DNA of 64,000 nucleotides, taken from contig NW_003314438.1 in NCBI RefSeq assembly GCF_000143415.4, forward strand, positions 1-64,000, written 5' to 3'. Shown piece after piece: positions 38,946 through 50,400 of the stretch. Below the pieces are notes generated by a model that saw nothing but the letters and a program-made list of their open reading frames with translations, was not told the origin of the DNA and made no database searches. Within the stretch, counting starts at the first letter, position 1. Each line of letters opens with the position of its first letter. Position numbers and translations under genes: made by a program. Source of the stretch: Selaginella moellendorffii. Its lineage: Eukaryota; Plantae; Lycopodiophyta.

Positions 38946-38978
38946 TTTAGGGTTTAGGGTTTAGGGTTTAGGGTTTAG
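38946..38978 (+). repeat. Interstitial plant telomere repeat (TTTAGGG)x4 + TTTAG
   Basis: Read directly from the sequence. Confidence 0.9.
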
Positions 38979-39897
38979 CAATTCAGTAGCTTGATAAACA
39001 TGCAAATACAGAACTTGATGCAAAATCCTTTGATATGTCACAATGCCCCTAGGACCATAAACACATTTCAATAGAGAGGGTCCTTTCATTTCATAACTCC
39101 TTACGTAGATCTTGGTGAAACCAGAGTTAGTGAAGTTGGTTTCTTGTGATCCCGCATCTGATTGTGATGTCCCTTTGCAGTGTCGATGGAAAGGTCAATG
39201 CACACCAAACTGTAGAATCTTGGAGCAAAATAACGGTCGGATCTATGGCAAATGCCCCTGAAACATTGTAAGGCTCGTGTGGTCTCATGTGGTGTCCGAT
39301 CGAGATGCTTCTTTGCAGGGTCATCAAGAAGGACATTGTATACCATTCTGTAAAATCTAGTTGCGATCTAACGGTTGGATCTCCAGGAAACTCAAAACAA
39401 TCTCGCGCGTGTCAGAATATTCTAGGAATATACTCCTATGTGCTCCTGAAAATGGCATGCGGCCCCACGCCATTCAAGAGATAACGCCAGATGACGCCGA
39501 GCATTTTTTGGTGCATTTTTTGGGATCAAAATTGCATGAGCCCACACGCTATAAAGTTTATCTTTGCCAAATAGAGAAAAGTTTATCTGTGTCATGTGAG
39601 GTAGTTACAGTCCTTTGTGCTCGGCATCTGCCTCTTGCAGCATTTGCACTGAAAGGGAATTTTTCTCCATTCAGCATTTGGCCCTGAAAATAGCATGCGC
39701 CCACACGCCATTCAAGGAATAACGCCACAGGACGCTTGGATTTTTGGGTTTAAAATGTTTAGGGTTTTTTGGGTTTTTTCAAAATATTTTGGGTCCAACG
39801 TTTTTTGGGTTTCTTTGGTTCAAAATTGCATGAGCCCATACGCTATAATATTGATTTGAGAGAAAAATAGAAACAGATAGAATTTCTTTATTTAGCT

Positions 39898-39997
39898 NNN
39901 NNNNNNNNNNNNNNNNNNNNNNNNNNNNNNNNNNNNNNNNNNNNNNNNNNNNNNNNNNNNNNNNNNNNNNNNNNNNNNNNNNNNNNNNNNNNNNNNN
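39898..39997. other. Assembly gap (100 N)
   Basis: Run of N; the true length is unknown. Confidence 1.
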
Positions 39998-40642
39998 AAG
40001 ATGCTTTGGAATATCCAATCATGCATGGTATAAATATAGCGAGGGTATTAAATGATATCCCAATCATGATCTTTCTTTTGGATTTCGCGTGCATGCAGTC
40101 CGAGGAATGATGACATTGCGGATTTCTTTTGGATTTTGCGTGCTTGCATGCGCGCGGCAATCCAGACATTAATGGTGGCGCCCAAGTCCGAGGAATGATG
40201 ACGTGGCGGGATTACCAACCGTTGTGACATTTCGCGTGTGTGAGGTTAGGTTTTGCATTTTGCTTCGTACTCGCGCTCGCACACTCGCGCTAGCGCTCGC
40301 ATCACACTCGCGCTCCCGCTCGCATCGCGCTCCACTCGCGGTCACGCTCACTTCTCTACAGGTTTCTCGTGTGCATCGGCGTCCACTCGCGCTTGCATCA
40401 CACTCGCGCTCGCATCGCGCTCGTGTGCATCGGCGTCCACTTCAAGACACACCCAGTTTGTAACTTCGCCGCCAACTCCGCCGCCCACTCCGCCACCCAC
40501 ACGCAGCCCACTTGGCGTCCCGGGAGATTTCAGCGCCACTCTCCAACTGTAAGTGGCAGAGTAGCCTTGCTGCTACGATCCGCTGCACACACAGTGCACA
40601 TTCGCCAGCGAGTCCGGTTGTCACGCCTCCATTCGGCTTCAA

Positions 40643-43600
40643 ATGGTAAGTCTTTTAGGCCAAGTAGAAAATGGCATGAGGCCACATGCCATTCAGTAGC
40701 AACATTGGCATGCACCGATTGGGCTCTCGAGTGCAGTCCGGTTACAGATGGCGTGTAGCCTCACGCCATCTTAGGATGCAGCCTCAAGACATCTGATGCA
40801 GTGGTGAATGGCGTGTGGCCTCACGTTATTTCCAGCTACTAGCTTTTCATCTGTCAGCTCTAATTGTTGTGCATTTCTGAACAGGCGAGGAATTGCGTTC
40901 TTCTTCCAGCCACTGTCAATGTGGATGCAGAGAAGGGGGAGGAGCTCACCAGTTGGACTTTCGGGATAGAAGGCGAGGATCTGAGGCTGTACAACACAGA
41001 TGGTGGGAGAAAAGAATGCATGGGGATCCTCATCCAAGTGACAGACACTCCATGCAGTTCCATGCAAGAATATGGACTGGCACTTGTGGTAGAGACAGCG
41101 TCTGCCTTCAAGATCCACCTTGCACATCCTAGCGGCTTCCCGGAGGGGGGCAGCGGCTATGAGGAATTCCTAGAGGGAGCTAGGGAGAGGTTTTCCAGGA
41201 GGCCCACAATTTCAAAGACCCTGCGGGTCTATGAAGATCACATGGAATCCACGGACCTCACCTACGGCGATGTTCAAAAACTATATTCCAACATTGAGCC
41301 GTTGAGAGTGACTCCAGTTCGCGAAGCAAAGGGGAAGGGGGTCGATCTGGAAACTACCTCGAAGTAGAAAAGGGTGGTCAAGCTCAAGCCGACGTCCGAC
41401 TCTCCTGCTCCAAAAAAGAAGCTACTCAGTGATGCCATTGCCTCGGGTTCGAACACTACACCCACCAAAAAGAAGAGCCGCAAAGAGCAGAAAGAGCAAG
41501 AAGAGGCAGCAAAAATCGTCGCAGATAATAGTACTTGTTACTATTCCAACAAAGTATATACAATCGACGTGAGCCGTATCGACATCCAAAGCAAATACAA
41601 CCACAGGCTAGTATCTGATGAGTGGGTGGAGAAATTGAAGCAGAAGATGCTGGCAAGTCCAGTAACACCCGACATCGCAGACGTGATCCCCTACTACCAA
41701 AAAATGAAGGGCGAGATGAGGTTTCCAGACTTGATCAATAGGAAGGTGTTGGACGATCAGAACATCCGGTTCTATGCCGTCTCCGGGCAGCATTCTAGCT
41801 TGGCGATGCAAGAGATAGTTGTGGATATTATGGTGGGCGAGGAGGTGAAGAAAGTCTTCAAGACAAGAGTTGTCCGCCTGATAAAAGGCAACTCGCCCCT
41901 CCGATCTATCATATACATCTCCCACGCGCAGAATGTCAAGCAAGAAACGTGCTACAAATTGGGTCTGCACGAGACATTGGCACGAACACGGAAGCTCTGG
42001 GTTCAACTGAAGAAGCCACAAAAACCAGGACAAGGACGTGCACTAGCAACTAGCGCCTGGCAGGTAAGCCTCGTTGTATGTGGCATAGCATGTGGCCTCA
42101 CGCCATTTCCATTGCAGGAATTCTCGAGTCTTCTCTCGAAAACACTGGGGGTCAATGACACACTCAGCATCCATAACATTCTACTCGCGACAAAAGTTGT
42201 TTTTGACAAATGGGTAGATGTGCTGAGGAGGTACCATGACGGGGAGTTGCCAAACTCAATGGGTGTGGAGGACGGCCGGAAGCCCAATGATTTGAAGCTC
42301 AACGCCTTGCGTTTCTCGCGGTCTCTAGACGATGACGACCTTCTAACAGTGGCTAATGCTCTTCTACGTGGTGAGGTTGTCTTCAACAAGACCAAAATGA
42401 CTCCCGGCCATATTGTGACATACGAGGACTTGTGCACGACTCTGAGAGCTCGTGCGCTATTGAAGGATTGGATCTTCGAGCAAGTGGCCGTGGAGAGGGT
42501 GAGCATCGACACCACGCAAGAGATGATGGAAGTGCTGGAGTTGTCAAATGAAGACATCGACGAGTACGTGAAGGGGGCCCCCAAGTTCATTGATCTGCTG
42601 CGGGATGCCACGAAAAGTAAAGCTGAGAAGTTGGATCAGTATCCAAATTTCATTAAGATTGATGTCGACCGCCGGCTTCAGAAACAGCTCGACCCCGCAG
42701 CAGAGGCCTATCGAGAACCTTACCGGGTATACTTGAATTCGGATGAGGATCAAAGGTGGAGGAGCATCGTTTCCCGCGGAGATGAGCAGGTCAAGAACAT
42801 CTTTTGTGTGATGGACTTCACAAACGAGGAGATCACTCATGCAGACGAAGTCAGCTCCATCATTGACTTAATGGTGGGACTTGCGGAGGTGGAATCTTCA
42901 GTCCACTATATGATCTACGACTCCGAATCCTATCACAAGTTCTGGAAGGCCTTGAACGAGGTGAAGGCTCGGTTGAAAGGCAAGGAGATGCGGGAGATCC
43001 ATGGGATAATGGCTAAGAAGAAGATACCGACAAATGTCCGCATCTTCACACTCGCCCTTGTTATTGGTCCTGCAGCAGAGTGGGACTGGAGTGACTTCCC
43101 AGCTTCGTTCGACAAGGCCAATCGAATTGATCTGAGGGAGGTCAATTTACCCGTGCCTGAGGAACTGAAGACGGCTATGGAGCTTTCGAATCCAAAGAAA
43201 GCTCCAGGTGCAGCATGGGAAATGCTCAGCTGGGTCTTCAACGCAATAGCAGGTGGGTCACCTGCTTCCGACTCCAAGGGCAAATGCGTTGTCGAGTACA
43301 ACTGCGGCGGACTATTCTTTCGAGCCGCACTACTCAAGGGTGTCCCGTGTGTTGCGGTGACAAACTCCATTGAAGAGATGACTTCAATGGAGCATATAAT
43401 TACAGTTGCCAAAGAAAAACAGTATCTTCTCTGCGAACCTGGTGAGTACGCACTTTAAGTTTAAATGTTATCTCACAAGCTCTGTATGCAGGAGCGTGGC
43501 CACCCCCAGATGCTGAAACGGCGTTAACAGCTACTGTTGAAGATACCCATGTTGGGCCGAGCTCACAACCTGCACAAGGTAAGGTCACGTGAGGCCTCAC

Positions 43601-46265
43601 GCCATTTTGATTATAGATCGTTGTGAATATTCAGACACGAGGACTGAAAAGCGCACTGGTGGCGCATCGAAGAAGGACAAACAGAAAAGCAATAGGAAAA
43701 AAGGAGGTACAAATTATATTTGCAATGGCGTGTGGTCTTATGCCATTCCTTGCAGGAGAAACTTCTTCAAAGGCAAAACAGGCAAGCACCAGCCAAGCTC
43801 AAACTGACAGTGGTCATAAAAAGCGAAAGCACGTTGGACAGTCGTCGAGATCAGAGGCGTTTGATTCGAAAAGGAAGAAGGGCAACGAAAAGATGATAGG
43901 TAATGCCTCGCGGTTATGGCGTGTGTGCTCATGCCATTCATTGCAGATCAAGAGCTGAGTGAAAGCAGGCAGTCACCACCTCATGACTCAGATTCCTATG
44001 GCGGACTCCCCTTCCCCAATCTCAATGGAGAGGTACAATGGATGAGGGAAGCTTTTCAAGGCAGGGCCACGTTTTTCTCATCTCGTCGTCTTCGAAGGGT
44101 GCAAGAACGTGCAGAAACCATGTTAAGACAGTTGGGTGAGGATACGGTCCTAGGTCACACACTAAAACAGGCTATGGATGTCTTGTATTTTGAGATGGAG
44201 ACTCGGCCAGATGATTTTCCCAAGATGGTCCTGGAAGAACAAGCCATCCAGCCTGAGCAGCCTATGGAAGAAATGCAGGAGGGGGATGAGGAGCCAGAGA
44301 AAGATAATGAGCAAGAAGAGCAGAAGGACGAAGAGGAGGACAAAGAAGAGGAGGACGAAGAAGAGGAGGACGAAGAGGACTTGGATGGTCCTCACAATGG
44401 TGATGATCACAATAACGACGACGACGATGATGACGACGATGGCCAGCCTGAGGTGGCCAAAGAGCGGCGGAGGAAGGTCATACAAGACAAACCATCAGGT
44501 AAATAATAATACATCCATTCCTAACCTTTTACCATTTCTAACATTGTCCATGTAGGTCGCAGAGCAAATGGTAAGTAGAGATTATTCAGTTGAATTTACA
44601 AACTCTAGCCTTTAGTGTCAAGGAAGGATAGTGCCAAGCAAGGGTCGAAACGTATGTCCAATCCTTCAGAATCAGCAGTGCGCTCAAGTGATATCGGTCC
44701 TAGTTCCTCAATAGCAGTTGATGGTAAATACAGTATAGTCGATTCAATGTGCTAATGAGTTTGTTTTTAGTAGCACGGGAGGATACCATCTCAATCGAAG
44801 GGAGATATTTGGACATGCATATGGATCCGCCAGTGGACTCTACTTGGCTGCAAGAGTCATCAGAGCTGGTGGAGGCTACTATCCATATCAACGCCAAGCA
44901 AGCTGACCACGCTCCACTTGATGCTGCCCATACCACTGAGTCAATCTTGTCCACGTATCCAACTGACGGTGACCAGGTGCCATTGGACCCACATGAGGCC
45001 GCCCCAGCCGCCGAGCCGGTCGTATCCTCATTTCCAACGGACTCAACGTGTGCCCAATCGTCTGACTACGCGCCGTTGGAACCTCCCTACACCACCCCTA
45101 CTGCCTGTTCGGTCATGTCCACTTTGCCAACGGAGGCACCAGCTGAAATGGCGTGTGATCACACGCCATCGGAACCACCCCATGCCACTGTTGAGCCAGT
45201 TGTACCAGAGTCTACAGCTGAAATGGCATGTGCCCACACGCCATCGGATGCGATTGACCCCACATTGCAGAGGAGAGTATTTCCGCCCTTCACGTTTCCT
45301 CGACCAAAACCCTCTCAACGACCATCGGGAGCAACATTCGCTAATATTGTAGATGGTAAAATTGACTTGTACCATTTTTTATGCTGACGCATTTCATTTC
45401 AGAGTCACGGCGAAGGTACTGTATCGTTTTTGATCTGAACGGTGTCCTTTTCTCCCATGAGCGTGGCTCGTCCTCGAATGTCATTGCACCCTCCAAAGCC
45501 TGCGGTCGCAAGTTGGTCAAAAGAGACAGATTCACATTAATCACATGGGAGAAACTGCGGGATCTAATAATGACCATGCGACACTTAAAACAGAGGGCCG
45601 GGTTCAATTTGCAATTGGGAGTTTGGACATCCATGATGCGCCACAATGCATTAACGTTGCTACAGATGATGCACGATCAGACGCGAGTAATATTACCATT
45701 TGACTTTCTCCTAACGCAGGAGGATTGCTTGACTATGGTCCATGTGAGGGGTAGCAAGCCCATCTTCGTCAAGCCAGAGGCTGTAGTGATGAACCGGACT
45801 GCTAGCTCAAGTGAAATCCTCATCATCGATGACTCGCCGATTAAAACTGCAGCGAACACGCACACATATGCAGTGCACCCCATCTCTTGCAGTATGGAAA
45901 CTAGGGAGAAGAAACCGTATGTTCTGGGGGACCTTGCAAAACGGCTTGGAGCGATGGTGATAGAGAACCGGCCAGTCCAGGAGGTGGCTGCAGAAATCAA
46001 CCAAATGGCAGATGGAACGGTATATCAGAAGCCATTTGATCGGACAGACACCAGTCATCATTTATGGCATGTATATTGTCTAGCCAAGCACTATCCGCAT
46101 CTCCATAATCTGCTCAACCGGATGGGTTCTTCGACCACTGAACATGAGCGTGGACGTATTAGAGAAGAGATGGCATTACTATTGGGTTTAAATCCTGATA
46201 GTGTGGAGAGTGATGAAATTCCAAGATTATTGTATAGGCGTTGGAGGCAAAAAATAACAGTCTGA
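40643..46265 (+). CDS. Cargo gene, 11-exon model (~1643 codons, one internal TAG at 41365): ParB-like domain - helical region - degenerate DNA-MTase-like domain - acidic/disordered linker - FCP1/NIF HAD phosphatase-like domain
   Basis: GT-AG introns 40646-40884, 42064-42117, 43442-43491, 43579-43634, 43707-43755, 43900-43946, 44499-44555, 44571-44615, 44724-44770 and 45356-45402 join all ORF-track pieces in frame (5623-691=4932 nt). Motifs: IDVSRI..YNHRLVSDEWVEKL..FYAVSGQHS (ParB-like); KCVVEYNCGGLFFRAALLKGVPCVAV (MTase motif-I-like); IVFDLNGVL, LGVWTS and LIIDDSPIK (HAD/FCP1). Confidence 0.78.
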
Positions 46266-46683
46266 GATGGCATGTATTTATTTAAAAATGTAACTTATTA
46301 TGGCATGGGGTTCCATGCAATTGTATTAATATTAAAAGACAATTCTTTGAGAGGATTTGCATTATACTAGAAGTGTTACAGCATGTTATTGGAAGTCTAC
46401 GAAGTTGTTTTATTAATAATGGGAAAGTAAAGATTGAATGGGGACTTGGGCTCCACCTAGACTCGGAGCAACTGAGCCAATATTAAAAGGATGGAAAGAA
46501 ATTGGACGACGATGACAAGGAGAAGAGAGAGGTGAAGCAGTGGCAGGGGGAGGAGAAGTGATTGAGTAGACATTTCCTTGTTTAAAATAAAATGGCATGT
46601 GCCTCAATGCAGTTGAATTTTGTTATATTTATATACTATATAAAGGTTTGGAAACCTTATTTTACAAGTGGGATAATGACAAT

Positions 46684-46707
46684 TCCCACTTTAACGAAAT
46701 AGAGCTT
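46684..46707 (-). repeat. Right TIR (24 bp)
   Basis: TCCCACTTTAACGAAATAGAGCTT followed by the TSD ATAT. Confidence 0.95.
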
Positions 46708-47465
46708 ATATTGCTAGACCATTTATCAGTCTCCACCCAAACTAGTTGAGAAATTGGTCATCATATGTGCACTTAGATCGGAAGGGCACTAAGGGAGGAA
46801 ATCCTAAATTAACATTTATCCAAGCATATTTAACATGGTGATGAGAAATTTATATTGTTAGCTTTCACTTGCTAGTGTTAGGAATCTCTGTGATATTGAG
46901 TTTAGTCCCTTAATACTTGCTATATAGTAGCTTACTGTGTTCACCAAGACACTCTCATTATCATACCCCATATATTAGTTTCGATTGAGGGAGGTCTGAG
47001 GGGTTCCAAATGTATAATAGCGATATTGGACATGGTTGACCAACTTGAGGTATAATTTAGCTCCCATTCATATGCCTGTCCTTGTTTACATCTAACTTGG
47101 GTTTAATCCCAAATGCCATACTATACTATCTAGTTAAGTATTCATATCCTTGCATGCTGAAATTATACCAAATTTCATTTGGCTCTATTTTTCTTGTTGA
47201 TTCTGACATTGGGATGCTAGATACTTTAAGATTGTTCCATTATCACTCTATACTCCTATCCCTTTGCTCTTTGGGTTGTATGCTTGGGAGTTGCTTTATG
47301 CTCCTATCCCTTCACTCCTTGGGTTATACAATTAGGAGTCTTATTATACTTTACTTCTTTCACTCCTTAGTTACATACTTAAGAGTTTGGCTCCGTCCTT
47401 TCATTTAGTGGCCCAAAGCCTTGAACTTAAAACTTAGGTTCTACTCCACTACCCTTGGACACTTG

Positions 47466-50400
47466 TGTAAGTGACTAAATTTTCCATTCTACTTTAGTCA
47501 CTTAACTATACCTTCAACCACTTGGAGGTGTCTCACTCACAATTTCCATAAGTTTTATTCTTGACTTAGGGGTATGCTAATCCCGTGAATGACATCTATG
47601 CCACTCAGACTTTACACTTAGCCCAAGTGCTCTATGTGTACAATCCCATTATGAACACCTAAAAGTACCACTGACATATCAACCTGTTATGCTAAAGCCA
47701 TGTCCATTCACCTTTGTCTCATTGGTAATCCAAGACCACCTATAACACAGACCCATCTCCCAAAAATTGGGTCATTCATTCATGGGTGGTCATCCTCTAA
47801 CCACACCTTAACACCCTTAAGATGCCCAGAGACATGGGGAACACCCTTCCCCATTATCCTTCCATTGGTCTCCACCAAGTCTCACTCTGTCCATAGTAGT
47901 GCTCATCAATACCGCTATTAAGTCAGGGACTGAAAGCCCGACTATTAAGTCCCATTGACCTCTGGGACTTCTGGGACCATGCCCTTGATTACTATGCAAT
48001 AGGATTGTTCCTCTTCATTCCATAGTTTGGGACTTTGGGATAACATTTCAAAACACCATGGCCCTACACGAGCCTCATAGGTACTCTCCCCACGTTTAGC
48101 CTTTTGGTGCCTTAGCCATGTGGCTAAAGCAAGGTTCCATTAAGCCACACCAAGTATCCAAATAGATAGTACCACCCACATTTGGATTGGGAGCATCGAT
48201 CATTTGATTTCTCAAGGGAGCTAGAGCTAGTTTTTGAACACTTCACTAAGTTACCTTGCTTATTCATCTATGTTTACTTTACCCTTGGATTCCTCAGTGG
48301 TTATATAATCACCCACTATGTGGGTATAGTCTTCCTTGGTCACATTGGCTTTTCTTAGCTAAATTGGCTCCATTGGAATCCTCCCCTTACTATACTTTTG
48401 GAGTTCACCAAACCCTTTAGGGCTTTGGAAAGGATCCCTTTGGGCTTTCACCCTTGGACTAAGACTTAGTCTCGGTCTCGGTCTCGGTCTCAATTTCAAT
48501 CTCCGTCTTAGTCTCGGTCTCAGTCTTAGTCTCGGTCTCGGTCTCAATCTTAGTCTCGGTCTCGGTCTCAGTCTCAATCTTGGTCTTGGTCTTGATCTTG
48601 GTCTCAGTCTCAATCTTGGATCTGGTCTTAGTTCCCATCTCGAACTTGACCCCAGACTCCATCTCAGACTCCTTCTCAGACCCCACTTCAAACTCCTTCT
48701 TAGACTCCATCTTAAACTCCGTCTGGGGTCCATCTTAGACTCCATCCCAAACTCCTTTGTGGACTCCATCTCGAATCCATCTTGAACTCCTTATTGGATT
48801 CCATCTCAAGTCTATCTTGGACTTCTTCTCAGACTCCATCTCAAGTCCATCTTAGGTCCATCTTAAACTCCATCCCAGACTCCATTTCAAGTTCAACTTA
48901 GACTCCATCTCAGACTCCATCTCGGGCTCCACCTTAGACTCCATCTCAGACTCCTTCTCGAACTTTATCTCCATCTCAAACTCCTTTTCAACCTCCTTCT
49001 CAGACTCGGTCTCGAAACTTCCACATATCAAGTGTTGGTCTTCTTTTGTTCCATTTCTAAAGGCTTGCTTATTGATCACTTCGTGCTCTTTTATTGAGCA
49101 CTTCTTTGGGAGTTCCACTCTCGCTTTTGACTTTTCAAATTAGAACTTTTAGTCTAAATGTGTTATTCTCGTTTAGCTTTTGCTTTGGCCACTACCACAT
49201 GGCACCCTTTTAGCTCCATTTTGGGGCTTAGGGACTTATGTCTCATAATTCCACCACCCATAGAAAAAGTTTGATGTCTTCATCGAATGTTAAACCATTT
49301 TATAAAGTAACCCTATCATAGATTATTATTTTCATTCTTAGCACCAAGCTAATATTTATCAATAGTTCAACATTGAAAGCTTACCATGCCTTGCCCATCC
49401 TCTAAGGAGCATAGTCTTTCCAACTTAGAATCTTATTAAATCACTAATGGTAATTCTCTACCATTGTTTATTTAGTTCTTGTTAAACCCATTAGAGACAC
49501 CTCCGCTATCTCAATATTACTATTTATTCTGGAGTACTTTTAGCCTCTACCAACATAACTATTGCACTCTAGAACTTTAATTTTGACATCTTAAGTCAAT
49601 TCCCTAGGTGTGTCCAACATTTTGCTTTATATCAGTTATGCAAATATCACTTTCCCATCCTAGGAAGTTCTTTATTTAAGGATATTATCATCCTCTCTTT
49701 TATTTTATGCTACATTTAGCATTAAGTTCCACTTATCCATAATTCATGTTAGGGTTATCTATGGCCTTATCATTTGGTTATTTTATCGCTCCATCTCTCT
49801 TGAAGCTTTCACCTTCGCTAAATTGGAGCATTTAGGAAATCCAATTTAATTCCTTTCCTACAATCTGTTAACATCCATCATATATGTGTTCTTCGCTTAA
49901 TTTATCATTTGGATTTCTTTCAATAATTTCCACAGCCCATTCTTGGCCACTAGTCTTTTGCTTTTATCCTTGGATTATTGCACCAAGCAATATAAGATCA
50001 CTACCTTCAACCTTGAGGTATCCTTTCGGTTCCATAATAAAGGATCTGTTTTGCCAAGTTTAAAAGGCATTCATCCCTAGTAAGTCTCTCTAGCATTTTC
50101 TACTATGGGTCCTATTTATGGCCCCATTTTGTGATCTTCCCATGGGTCCTTCCTTTGAGACTACCTTTTTTTTTACTCATATTACTATTGTATTGTTATA
50201 GCTCATTTCCCCTAGGTGTCTTTCCCATTTAATCACTTTGACTAAGTCACATCATTACCAATAGTTTAAATACACACTTTAAATTAGGAATTTTATCCCT
50301 TAATCTCACAAGGACATTATCCTTGTTTAGCCATAAGATCACCTATTTTGACACTTTAATAGATTTGCTAATAGGTGTTAGGTTTTCTAGACCTTTAAGT

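Larger units (their letters stand above)
33955..46613. repeat. Dispersed 22-bp palindrome ATGGCRTG-N6-CAYGCCAT, about 25 copies
   Basis: Copies, some degenerate, start at 33955, 34271, 35663, 35720, 37557, 37627, 37663, 37833, 37931, 38588, 39452, 39531, 39690, 39825, 40671, 40748, 40808, 42085, 43584, 43725, 43916, 45148, 45223, 46300 and 46592. Confidence 0.92.
33729..46707. mobile_element. ~13-kb Sola1-like DNA transposon with a divergent transposase and a large cargo gene
   Basis: Perfect 24-bp TIRs AAGCTCTATTTCGTTAAAGTGGGA (33729-33752) and their reverse complement (46684-46707). 4-bp TSD ATAT (33725-33728 / 46708-46711). The transposase has HDKMDQ, LQTDN..ENKN and FLMVGHTHEDVD motifs. 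The superfamily call rests on the 4-bp AWWT TSD plus these motifs. Confidence 0.85.

Noticed and set aside
39898-39997. Possibility that the two halves of the Sola1-like element are mis-joined across the N gap
   Set aside because: Matching TIRs, a matching TSD and the same motif on both sides support a single element. Only its length is uncertain.
33955-46613. 22-bp palindromic repeats as a CRISPR-like array
   Set aside because: Spacing is irregular, copies lie in introns and exons, there are no cas genes, and the context is eukaryotic.
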